This document shows positions 37,602 through 46,055 of a stretch of DNA of 58,121 nt, in pieces. Where the stretch lies: contig CAYTNS010000001.1 in NCBI GenBank assembly GCA_964439345.1, positions 13,001 to 71,121 of the forward strand, read 5' to 3'. This stretch comes from an uncultured Christensenella sp. GTDB taxonomy: Bacteria > Bacillota > Clostridia > Christensenellales > UBA1242. Every line of letters starts with the position of its first letter. The first letter of the stretch is position 1. Made by a program: the position numbers and the translations under genes. The notes beneath the pieces were generated by a model that ran no database searches, was not told where the DNA came from, and saw only the letters and a program-made list of their open reading frames with translations.

Positions 37602-37863
37602 AAACTCCTCCTCAAATATACTTATATTAATATTATATCAAATTATCCATTAAAAATCAATTACCTATAAAAAAATAAATACTATAATGTAATTGCCTCA
37701 TTTTACTATCGAGTGATTACTGAAGTTCGCAATCGCGATAGCGATTTCTCGTGGTTTCATAATATCATATGAAAACACGAGCTTGTAAAAAAAGCAACCG
37801 TGTGCAGGGCACACCTCCTCGGGAGTAAATATAAAAAATGCACCCAGCAGGGTGCTAATTTTT

Positions 37864-38037
37864 TGGTACTCCCGTACATAGTAGATTATCCATAGCTTAG
37901 GCCGATTGGAGAATCGTCTATGCCGTCGCCAAGACGGTATATCTCACGAGCAAAATGTCTTGCATTTTATTAGCGAGTGAGTACAAGTTCGATGGTTGCT
38001 AAAAGCAACCGTGTGCAAGGCACACCTCCTCGGGAGT
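37864..38037 (-). ncRNA. Candidate structured RNA, unit 2 (174 nt) closed by a tRNA acceptor-stem mimic plus ACCA
   Basis: The 5' ACUCCCG pairs with the 3' CGGGAGU, followed by ACCA. The internal hairpins are the same as in unit 1, with differences confined to loops. The terminator hairpin at 37827-37863 has a different stem sequence that still pairs (gcaccc/gggtgc). Confidence 0.4.
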
Positions 38038-38076
38038 AAACACAAAAAATACACCTCATTGAGGTGTATAATTTTT

Positions 38077-38250
38077 TGGTACTCCCGTACACAGTAGATT
38101 ATCCATAGCATAAGCCAATTGGAGAATCGTCTATGCCGTCGCCAGACGGTATATCTCACGAGCAAAATGTCTTGCATTTTATTAGCGAGTGAGTACTAGA
38201 GTTCGGTGGTTGCTAATGCAACCGTGTGCAAGGCACACCTCCTCGGGAGT
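38077..38250 (-). ncRNA. Candidate structured RNA, unit 1 (174 nt) closed by a tRNA acceptor-stem mimic plus ACCA
   Basis: The minus strand reads ACUCCCG-AGGAG-[GUGUG/CACAC]-[GGUUGC/GCAACC]-...-[CUCAC..GUGAG with inner AAAAUG/CAUUUU]-[CCGUC/GACGG]-[CAUAG/CUAUG]-...-CGGGAGU-ACCA. A terminator hairpin follows at 38038-38076. Confidence 0.4.
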
Positions 38251-38289
38251 AAAAACAAAAAATACACCTCGATGAGGTGTATAATTTTT
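38251..38289 (-). terminator. Intrinsic terminator hairpin directly after tRNA-Glu
   Basis: The minus strand reads AAAAAAUUAUACACCUC-AUC-GAGGUGUAUUUUUUGUUUUU. Confidence 0.6.
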
Positions 38290-38364
38290 TGGTACTCCCG
38301 AGGAGAATCGAACTCCTGATTCCGCCGTGAGAGGGCGACGTCTTAACCGCTTGACCACGGGAGC
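38290..38364 (-). tRNA. tRNA-Glu (anticodon CUC), CCA encoded
   Basis: Hand-folded cloverleaf. Acceptor GCUCCCG/CGGGAGU (G1-U72 wobble); D-arm GGUCAAGCGGUUAAGAC, as in Bacillus tRNA-Glu; anticodon stem UCGCC/GGCGG with loop CU-CUC-AC; 4-nt variable loop; T-arm AGGAG-UUCGAUU-CUCCU; discriminator A plus CCA. Confidence 0.92.
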
Positions 38365-38383
38365 AAACTCTTTCAACTATATA

Positions 38384-38412
38384 AGTATACTACAAATCCG
38401 ACCGAAATGCAA
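38384..38412 (-). promoter_or_regulatory. Sigma-70-type promoter for tRNA-Glu
   Basis: The minus strand reads TTGCAT-17 nt-TATACT, ending ~20 nt upstream of tRNA position 1. Confidence 0.5.
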
Positions 38413-38683
38413 GTAGTTTTTATGTTTTTTTGCCAAATTTGAGCTTTTGAGGGGCTGTGACAAAGATATTTGCCCAATTAAAGGGATTTTTACGAGAAAA
38501 TAAATTTAATAAATTTTATAAAAACCACATAAAATTTGCAAGTTTTACATAATTTTAACACTTGTGGGCACAAATCCACACAAAAGATATTTGCAAAAAA
38601 AATATTACTGTGCTAAACTTATAATAGGTATTGGCTATAAAAATGTAGTCCATATCCTGTATTTTAATTAAGGACAAAATCTA

Positions 38684-39730
38684 ATGAAATACCACGATTT
38701 AAAAATAGGAATTGTGGGAACGGGTAGTCTAGGTCCAGTACTGGCTGTAGAACTAGCATCTAATGGTTATGATGTAGAGCTGGTTTCTAGTAGCAAAGGA
38801 ATGTACATAGACGACTCTAAAGCCTTTCACATAATGGGAGATTTTGGGGATAAAACCTACCTAGTTCCTACTGTAAAGACGATAGCAGATTTCACTACCA
38901 AAAAAGACTTTATAATACTTGCAACCAAGGCATTTCAAACGGTCAAGATTGTAGAAGAAGCACTAGAGCATCTAACACCCGTAGGTGCTATTGTCACGGT
39001 GCAAAATGTCTTTTCATTAGACAGAATATTCAAATTAGTCCCACCGGAAAAATCTATTTGCCTATATCTAGATATCTTCACGCTATCTAGACCTTATGGC
39101 AGATTGGTAGTAGACTCGGGTGGAATAACTATGGGAGTATATGATAAAGATGTATTCCCTATGATGCAAGTACTAGAAAAGATTATGAGGGAAATGTGCG
39201 ATACACACATTACCAATAATGTCTGGGGATATCTACTTAGTAGGAATATAATGAATGCCACCATATCTGCCCTAGGCGCTATATCTGGATTGCCTCTAGG
39301 AGATATCTTAGGCAATTACAATGGCTGTTATCTATTCAATAGACTGATAGAAGAGGGCTACTCCCTACTAAAGAAATTTAGAGTAGGAATACTGCCTTAT
39401 GCCGGTAAACTGGATTACGAATTATTCACCAGCAAGACCATAAAAGGCAAGATTTACAATCGTAAGATGACTAAGATTATGAGGAAAAATAACCCACATA
39501 TTAGGTCATCTATACTAGACGACCTAGAACAAGGCAGAGAGACCGAGATTGAGTATGTACTAGGTAGCTTTATAAAGTATGGCGATAGATTAAAATTTAA
39601 AATACCATACACCAGAGCAATATACCAAATGATTAAGGAAATAGAAGCTGGGACAAGAAGAATTACCCCAAAAGCATTCTATGACCCAATGCTTGTTAAT
39701 ATAGATAAAAAGAGAGGATATAAAAAATGA
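38684..39730 (+). CDS. Ketopantoate reductase (ApbA/PanE) family oxidoreductase
   Basis: N-terminal Rossmann motif KIGIVGTGSLGPVLA. The C-terminal domain has the ...GRETEIEYVLG... pattern typical of the family. Confidence 0.65.
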   Translation: MKYHDLKIGIVGTGSLGPVLAVELASNGYDVELVSSSKGMYIDDSKAFHIMGDFGDKTYLVPTVKTIADFTTKKDFIILATKAFQTVKIVEEALEHLTPVGAIVTVQNVFSLDRIFKLVPPEKSICLYLDIFTLSRPYGRLVVDSGGITMGVYDKDVFPMMQVLEKIMREMCDTHITNNVWGYLLSRNIMNATISALGAISGLPLGDILGNYNGCYLFNRLIEEGYSLLKKFRVGILPYAGKLDYELFTSKTIKGKIYNRKMTKIMRKNNPHIRSSILDDLEQGRETEIEYVLGSFIKYGDRLKFKIPYTRAIYQMIKEIEAGTRRITPKAFYDPMLVNIDKKRGYKK

Positions 39731-40149
39731 TTATAGAAGAGATTAAAAAAGCAAATGTTCAAGCACTAAAAGATAAGGATAGCCAAGCTAGAGTAATATA
39801 TGGCATTATAATAAATAAACACCTACTAGCCACTGTAGACGCTAGAACTACTGGCAAAGAGGTAGAAGATGCAGATATGGTTAGAATTATCCAAAAAACT
39901 ATTAAAGAACTAGAAGAAGAGAGAGACAACTACAAAAAAGTTGGCAACGAAGAAGAGGCTAAAAATATCGACTACCAAAAGTCTTTGATTGAAAAATATT
40001 TGCCCGAGCTTCTTAGCGAAGAGGAAATCAAGGCTATCATAATGACCCTAGAGGATAAAACCGTTCCTAGTGTTATGAGACACTTCAAAACTAACTACAA
40101 TGGCAAATGCGATATGAAAGTAGTTAGCAATGTTCTAAAAAGCCTATAA
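39727..40149 (+). CDS. yqeY: GatB/YqeY domain protein
   Basis: 140 aa with the YqeY-like pattern IKKANVQALKDKDSQARVIYG...IEKYLPELLSEEEI. There is a 4-nt overlap with the upstream gene. Confidence 0.85.
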   Translation: MIIEEIKKANVQALKDKDSQARVIYGIIINKHLLATVDARTTGKEVEDADMVRIIQKTIKELEEERDNYKKVGNEEEAKNIDYQKSLIEKYLPELLSEEEIKAIIMTLEDKTVPSVMRHFKTNYNGKCDMKVVSNVLKSL

Positions 40150-40171
40150 TATGTAAAATTAATAAACACAC

Positions 40172-40218
40172 AAAAAACACCACTCAATGGAATCCAATCC
40201 ACTATGTGGTGTTTTTTA
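40172..40218. terminator. Bidirectional terminator between convergent yqeY and thyX
   Basis: The stem acaccac / gtggtgt is flanked by an A-run and a T-run. The loop is rather long (~22 nt). Confidence 0.5.
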
Positions 40219-40347
40219 TTTATGAGGTTATCAGTAAACGAACCCGACTACATAATAAAATGTTATCACAAAACTACTCTTTTAAATTATAAAACAGTAA
40301 TTTATATGTTTTATCGGTTTATTTGTTTCTCAGTTTACTTATTTCAC

Positions 40348-41688
40348 TTACTTGGCAAGGTTATCAAATTTGTCCCTCATCTCCATCTGTTTGCCACAGC
40401 ACATTCTGCCCTCGGGACAAACTCCATAAGTATAGCAACTAGGGCCATAGCCCTCAAACATCTTGCTATCTACCGACTTTAATTGCCTTAGCATCTCGAT
40501 AGATAAATCTCTAATTACCCATTGTGCTCTAGAGCAATTCCTTAGGTTGCAGAAATGCAAAAGTTCTCTAGCATTCATAGTGCTTACTAGGTCTACACCT
40601 GCTCCATGTGGGATTAAGTAAACTAGGTCTCTAGGGTCTAGAGCCCCTCTAAGTTCATTATATAGTTTTCTATTTTCTCTTATGCACTTTTTGAAGTCTT
40701 TGGTTAGTTCTTCCCTCTCTAATATCGTTTTAGGAATTACAAATTTACTAGCATCAACCATTTTAACTAGTGGTGGGGTGGCTAGGGATTGCATTCTATG
40801 ACGAGTTAGGTGCTTTAGGATAATTAGGGCGAAATTATGCACCTTAAAGGTGTAATTAAAGTGCTCTAGTAATTTAGCCTGTTTATCGTCCTTTAGTGCC
40901 GTCTTTAAATCAAATTTCTCATATCCTGTACTCAAGGCAAACTCATCTAAAGTCTCCCTTGCATTATTTGGATAAGAAATTAGTTCTACATCTTGATATA
41001 CAAATTCTACCTTATCTACCGGCTTTGGATTAACATCTAGTACGCTATCCAATTGGTCGGTATAGGCATTTTTGCTACTCTCTATTAGATTTGGATAACG
41101 GCTATCGAATTGCTCCTTTAATTGCAATCCAAGCGCTTTAATCTCACTATACTTAGAGCCTCTGCCATATATCATTGTGCAAATAATATGTATTAGTTCC
41201 CTAGCATTGACACTCATATAAATATTGGTCTTTAGTCCATAAGGCAAGATAAACCTTGCGTCCTCTACTGGGATACCAGCACTTACAAATTTATCGTAGT
41301 ATTTAAACATACGCTTGTAATGAGCCTTAACCTTTGCTTTTTGCTCCAATGTAAAGGTATCTGGCAAATTAAATCCAGCACTGCTAAAATTAACATATCT
41401 ACCCGATTTAATAGTAAATGATGCTAGTCTAAATTCTATCAAAAATTGCTCTACAAAAATAGAAACATTATTAAAAGCTAGATTAAAATAATGATGTTCC
41501 AAAACAGTCTTGTGACCGGAGGACACCACCTTGGATATTAGGTTTAGATTTTTATCTTTATCGGTAGCACCCCTATATAATTCTATAGCCGTACCCGGCC
41601 TAGTAGATATCCTACCTCCACAAGAAACTATCCTCTGTCCATCTTTAGTTTCGCTAAGTATTAGCACTCCACTTTCATTTTTTTTCAT
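40348..41688 (-). CDS. thyX: FAD-dependent thymidylate synthase ThyX, fused tandem (double-domain) form
   Basis: Two ThyX-like halves. Half 1 reads SGHKTVLEHHYFNLAF...EFRLASFTIKSGRYV...ARFILPYGLKTNIYMSVNARELIHI. Half 2 reads LTRHRMQS...MNARELLHFCNLRNCSRAQWVIRDLS. The C-terminus is Cys-rich (GPSCYTYGVCPEGRMCCGK). Confidence 0.85.
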   Translation of the reverse strand: MKKNESGVLILSETKDGQRIVSCGGRISTRPGTAIELYRGATDKDKNLNLISKVVSSGHKTVLEHHYFNLAFNNVSIFVEQFLIEFRLASFTIKSGRYVNFSSAGFNLPDTFTLEQKAKVKAHYKRMFKYYDKFVSAGIPVEDARFILPYGLKTNIYMSVNARELIHIICTMIYGRGSKYSEIKALGLQLKEQFDSRYPNLIESSKNAYTDQLDSVLDVNPKPVDKVEFVYQDVELISYPNNARETLDEFALSTGYEKFDLKTALKDDKQAKLLEHFNYTFKVHNFALIILKHLTRHRMQSLATPPLVKMVDASKFVIPKTILEREELTKDFKKCIRENRKLYNELRGALDPRDLVYLIPHGAGVDLVSTMNARELLHFCNLRNCSRAQWVIRDLSIEMLRQLKSVDSKMFEGYGPSCYTYGVCPEGRMCCGKQMEMRDKFDNLAK

Positions 41689-41920
41689 TGCAAAAACTCC
41701 TAAAATTACTTACTACATCTAGTTTAAACTATATGCCATCTAGAGTCAAATTAATAGACAACAAAAAAATTTTAATTATTATATATAATAATTAATGTTA
41801 GCAAAAAACTCTGATTTGTACTCACTTAGTAACACCTATTAAATACTAATACTATCTATTTTAACTAACGCTATTTTTTACAAATTTACTCTACTTATTT
41901 AAGAATAAAAAAGTATATAA

Positions 41921-41964
41921 AATAAAAAAATAACCCCACTTGCTCAATTTGCTTATGGGGTTAT
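41921..41964 (-). terminator. Intrinsic terminator after the cls-like gene
   Basis: The stem ataacccca / tggggttat with a U-run on the minus strand. Confidence 0.6.
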
Positions 41965-41968
41965 ATTA

Positions 41969-43492
41969 TTATCTAAATATGGATATTACCTTGCTCCAAC
42001 TAGCAGATATTTTTTCTCCAAATCTTCTCTTTTGGATTTCCTTTAGAGTTACCTGCTCGGCATTGGATATAATATCGCTCATATCTTTAACTATATCTTT
42101 CATAACATCGCCGTACATATATACTCCACAATTGAAGTGCTTGTATGTACTAAAGCAATCTAGGTTATTAGTAGATATAACTGCCGAATTATTATCGGCT
42201 ATTATTAATCTTGTGGTCATCTTTCTATTATTAATCTCGTAGATTTGTATGCCCTCTTTAATAAGTTCGGCAAAGAACGACCTAGCAAGGACTTTTACCC
42301 TAGGGGCTTCTGCCTCACCCGAATATACTATCTTTACATCGACTCCCGATTTTGCCGACATAATTAGGGCATTTTTTAATTCATCATTTAGGGAAATATA
42401 TGTAGTAGATATTATTATTGATTCCCTAGCATTATGTATCATACTAAGTATAACATTTTTATTGCTATGACCAATGGATACTGGATTGGTCGAATATGGC
42501 AAAATCCAGTTTTTAGATTTTGAAGGAGTAGCATCTACAAAGTACTCCTGCAATTTAATAACTTTCTTACTAGCATATTGATAGTCTTCAAAGAAACTAA
42601 CTATTAGATTTCTTACAGCATTGCCTGTAAATCTAATACCGGCATCTTTGGTAGCCACAGCACCTAGGTCTTCACTAAGATTTAGATATTCATCGGAGAT
42701 ATTAAATCCCGACATAAATCCCTTTTCACCATCGACTACCACTAATCTTTTAAAGTTCCTGCAATTTGAGAAACTATTGCCTAGTCCTGCCATTCTATTA
42801 AATGGCACAGTCTCTATGCCGTGATTACGCATTTTGATAAAGTCATCGTGAGAAATATACTTGGTGCATATTCCATCATCATAAACTAGTTTTACTTTGA
42901 CACCCTCTCTGGCTTTGACCCTGAGGATATCAAATAGCGACCACCAGACCTTACCTGGGACAATCTTGTAACATTCAATCAAAATATATTTTTTTGCATT
43001 GGTACAAGCATCGAATAAATCGGCAAAATAAGCATCGCCCGAACTATAATACTTTATATCAGATTTATCATAACAAGGCATTCCAATAGTCTCAACTAGA
43101 TAATTACAAGTCTTGTATGCCGAGATTGAACTATGTTTTAGAGAGTCTAATGACTCATCACTAGGAAGATTGGTTTTTCTATTACGATATAGAATATTCG
43201 CCCATTCTTTCTTAATTTTCTTGCTACCCTTACGCTCTTTATTAAGAACGGCATAGGTTATTCCATATATAGGAAGAACCAGTGTTAATAGAAAAACTGT
43301 AACCTTGTAGGTATCCTTTTCCTTTCTATTAGCAAGGAAAAATATAACTATACAGGCTGTAAGTATAGATACTATGTAATAAATGTATAGGTAATTAAAA
43401 AACCAACTTACGAAAACTAAAGCAGTATTTACCAAAAATGCCACAAGTAACCTAAGTTTATTAGATGCAAAAAATCTTTTTACCTTGTTCAC
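41969..43492 (-). CDS. Cardiolipin synthase-like PLD-superfamily membrane protein; both HKD motifs substituted
   Basis: Two N-terminal TMs and two PLD-like repeats with clear Cls context: NCRNFKRLVVVDGEKGFMSGFNISDEY and IQIYEINNRKMTTRLIIADNNSAVISTNNLD. The His and Lys positions read F/R and T/R. Confidence 0.8.
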   Translation of the reverse strand: MNKVKRFFASNKLRLLVAFLVNTALVFVSWFFNYLYIYYIVSILTACIVIFFLANRKEKDTYKVTVFLLTLVLPIYGITYAVLNKERKGSKKIKKEWANILYRNRKTNLPSDESLDSLKHSSISAYKTCNYLVETIGMPCYDKSDIKYYSSGDAYFADLFDACTNAKKYILIECYKIVPGKVWWSLFDILRVKAREGVKVKLVYDDGICTKYISHDDFIKMRNHGIETVPFNRMAGLGNSFSNCRNFKRLVVVDGEKGFMSGFNISDEYLNLSEDLGAVATKDAGIRFTGNAVRNLIVSFFEDYQYASKKVIKLQEYFVDATPSKSKNWILPYSTNPVSIGHSNKNVILSMIHNARESIIISTTYISLNDELKNALIMSAKSGVDVKIVYSGEAEAPRVKVLARSFFAELIKEGIQIYEINNRKMTTRLIIADNNSAVISTNNLDCFSTYKHFNCGVYMYGDVMKDIVKDMSDIISNAEQVTLKEIQKRRFGEKISASWSKVISIFR

Positions 43493-43662
43493 TCTATCTT
43501 TCTTCCTTTTAATTATACTCTTTTAAGTATGCTATTATTTTATCACATTACACACAAAAAAACAATTTTATACTTTAATTATTATAAAAATTATTTATGT
43601 AGAATGCAATAGTTATATGATAAATTCTTGAAATATTTTTGACATTTTTATATGAAAAAATA

Positions 43663-43693
43663 TAAGAAAAAGACTAGGAAATAAACCTAGTCT
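43663..43693 (-). terminator. Intrinsic terminator after the M20 peptidase gene
   Basis: The stem agactagg / cctagtct with a U-run on the minus strand. Confidence 0.55.
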
Positions 43694-43706
43694 AATGGGT
43701 ATTTAA

Positions 43707-44783
43707 TTAAAGACATTTGCTCTTTAATAATTTGCTGTATAGTTCTACTAGTGTATCATAGCTATATTTGCTAATAAATTCATTTTTCTCACCACTAGTT
43801 ACAGGGCCTGGGCCAAGAAGTACAACCGAACAATCTGGCAAGTAGTTACCATCAGAAACAACTGCTATAGAAGACCTCTGGTTGCCTGTCAAATTCTCCA
43901 TCTCTGCTATAAAAGACTCAGCAAATGTATTCATAGGAGGCACATCATCGATAATAGTTACATAGCCATTGTATTTCTCGGCTAGTTCTCTAATCTTATC
44001 TATTATCTGTCTATTGTGCTCAACCTTAATAGTTCTATACTCTAGATAAGCCGAACAATTACCTGGTACTCTATTTAAAGACACACCACCCTCGATTTTA
44101 CCTAAGTTAAAGGAAGTATAAGGCAATTCAAATGAAGCATTTTTGTCTTCTTTTAATCTATTATTAAATGTATAAACTTCACCTAAAAATCCAACTGCTT
44201 TTTCTACTGCATTTATACCTTTAGTTGGGTTAGAAGAGTGGGCCTCTTTGCCACTAATCATAACAGACATTTTTAGCAATCCCTTAGTTGCGATAACTGG
44301 GCATAAGCTAGTAGGAGTAGGAACGATAATATTCTGTGGAATATTAGGCTCTTTGGCAACAATAGTTTTGATACCAGTGAAGTTATTTTCCTCGTCAAAA
44401 GTAAAGAATAATTTTACTCCTTTCTTAGCACCCTTCCAATCAAATTTGCCTACAGCGTCTAGTACAGCTGCTAGACCACCTTTCATATCACTAATACCTA
44501 GGCCTACTAATTTATCTCCATCTACGGTCAAATCCATAGCATCGTAATCTTTCCAGTTTACTCCTAGTGGAACGGTATCGGTGTGGCATACAAAGCCAAG
44601 CTCTGGGTCTTTACCAGCAGTAGCTATTAAACACAATTTTTGACTATCGTCATCAACACAATACTTAGTTAAGAAACCTAATTTAGTAAGGTATCTATCG
44701 ATGTACTCCATAATAGATTTGTTTTGAGCATCAAATGCTGTATTGAATTGAATTAAATCTCTTAGAATTCCGTAATTTTCCAT
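43707..44783 (-). CDS. M20 family metallopeptidase (ArgE/DapE-type deacylase)
   Basis: Metal-ligand motifs GFVCHTDTVP, GISDMKGGLAA and FTFDEENNFTG, and a lid-domain-sized insert. Confidence 0.85.
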   Translation of the reverse strand: MENYGILRDLIQFNTAFDAQNKSIMEYIDRYLTKLGFLTKYCVDDDSQKLCLIATAGKDPELGFVCHTDTVPLGVNWKDYDAMDLTVDGDKLVGLGISDMKGGLAAVLDAVGKFDWKGAKKGVKLFFTFDEENNFTGIKTIVAKEPNIPQNIIVPTPTSLCPVIATKGLLKMSVMISGKEAHSSNPTKGINAVEKAVGFLGEVYTFNNRLKEDKNASFELPYTSFNLGKIEGGVSLNRVPGNCSAYLEYRTIKVEHNRQIIDKIRELAEKYNGYVTIIDDVPPMNTFAESFIAEMENLTGNQRSSIAVVSDGNYLPDCSVVLLGPGPVTSGEKNEFISKYSYDTLVELYSKLLKSKCL

Positions 44784-44877
44784 TTTATATCCCTCGATTT
44801 TTATTAATTACAAATTAATTTTAACACAATTTATATCTTTTTACAAATAATTATCTTTATTTATCCGATTGTAGTAG

Positions 44878-45147
44878 TTATTTTTTTTGGATATCACTAC
44901 TAGATAGTTTTAGTTTTTTATTCCTTTTTATGTAGCAAACTAGCCATATAATAAGTAGGGTAGTGAGCACGGCAAATAGTGCAAAGAAGGTAATGCTCAT
45001 AATATACATTCCCATAAAATTGGTATTTACTTCCCCATAAATTACGGGGTGCTTTGTCCCCAAAACTAGATAACCTATCCACGAATAAAGCAAATAAATA
45101 TCTACAAGTGATAATACACTAAATAATATCTTTTTAAATATCTTCAT
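44878..45147 (-). CDS. Small membrane protein (2-3 TM), unknown function
   Basis: 89-aa hydrophobic ORF, 10 nt downstream of the lipoprotein gene. Confidence 0.5.
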   Translation of the reverse strand: MKIFKKILFSVLSLVDIYLLYSWIGYLVLGTKHPVIYGEVNTNFMGMYIMSITFFALFAVLTTLLIIWLVCYIKRNKKLKLSSSDIQKK

Positions 45148-45157
45148 ATTCCCCCTC

Positions 45158-45838
45158 CTAAAAATTGTACTCTACAAAGTTTCCATCGCTATAGTAGCCA
45201 AAGGTTTCACCAGTACTAATAACTTTGTTTACTTCGTAAGTATCGAATTTTTTAATCTTAGAGGCAATATAACTAGGAGTGTAAATAAGTGGCAAGGCAA
45301 TGCTTTCACTTTCTTCTGCCACAATATCATATAAATTAAGAGCAAAATAAGAACAATTTTTAAGTACTCCCCAGTGGTCGTTATCTTCTATAAATTCATT
45401 GATTTTATCTACATCTTCTCTATCAATTCCTATAGTAATAGATACTCTGCCATCGTATTTATTGTAGAGTCTAGAGTAATTACTCTCTAGATTGTACCAC
45501 AAGCCAAAGTGAGATTTAATAGACCAAGCACCTAGTGCCATTTCTTCTCCACCACCTAGAGTCATTCCTCCTATAGTCACATCTTCTTCCGAAATATTTT
45601 CCATAGATAGATAAGTATGCCCTAGATTCATAAGTCCGAAGTGACTCTCGCCCTTGCCGTCGAAAGTAAATAGAGATAATTTAACTATATCTTCGCTACC
45701 CACACTGGCACTATATTTCTTTCTATCCCCACAACCCAGCAAGGTAAACGAACATAGCAGAAGTAGTAGAGTTATGGTTAGTATTCTTCTTATTCCCATA
45801 TCAGTCCTCGTTATATTTTTTCTTGAAAGTAATCCCAC
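45158..45838 (-). CDS. Lipoprotein, unknown function
   Basis: Signal peptide with lipobox (FTLLGCGD). No family recognised. Confidence 0.65.
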   Translation of the reverse strand: MGLLSRKNITRTDMGIRRILTITLLLLLCSFTLLGCGDRKKYSASVGSEDIVKLSLFTFDGKGESHFGLMNLGHTYLSMENISEEDVTIGGMTLGGGEEMALGAWSIKSHFGLWYNLESNYSRLYNKYDGRVSITIGIDREDVDKINEFIEDNDHWGVLKNCSYFALNLYDIVAEESESIALPLIYTPSYIASKIKKFDTYEVNKVISTGETFGYYSDGNFVEYNF

Positions 45839-46055
45839 TAGTTAGATTGTTTTTACAAAGAAACACAAATATTCAATGTCTCAAATAGCCCTATGCAATA
45901 TAAATAATCGCTTTAGTCTTTAAGTGGAATTTTACACTAGTTACTACTTATTATAATAATTTTTTTGAGGGGTTTTATCAAGCAAAATGCAAACAAAGGC
46001 GTATTTTGTTGCCATTTAAAAGAAAATTTATTACAATGAAAAAAAGGAGATTATT

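Larger units (their letters stand above)
37794..38289. repeat. Tandem array with a 213-bp period: two full units plus a diverged or truncated third 5' part, abutting the 3' end of tRNA-Glu
   Basis: Direct comparison of 37864-38076 with 38077-38289 shows near identity, with a few substitutions and indels. The 33-nt unit 5' end (actcccgaggaggtgtgcc.tgcacacggttgc on the minus strand) recurs a third time at 37794-37826. Confidence 0.85.

Noticed and set aside
37794-38289. The tandem array read as a CRISPR array or a ToxI-like type III antitoxin array.
   Set aside because: The period is 213 bp with no short repeat/unique spacer alternation. The whole unit is repeated, and no cas or toxN-like gene is nearby.
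37944-38376. Two track ORFs (77 aa at 37944-38177 and 64 aa at 38182-38376, minus strand).
   Set aside because: They run across the tRNA-Glu gene, the terminator hairpins and the tandem repeat units. The peptides are Cys/Arg/His-rich nonsense with no Shine-Dalgarno. They are read-through of RNA and repeat sequence, not genes.
40204-40482. 92-aa plus-strand ORF.
   Set aside because: It starts inside the yqeY/thyX terminator hairpin and runs antisense into thyX.
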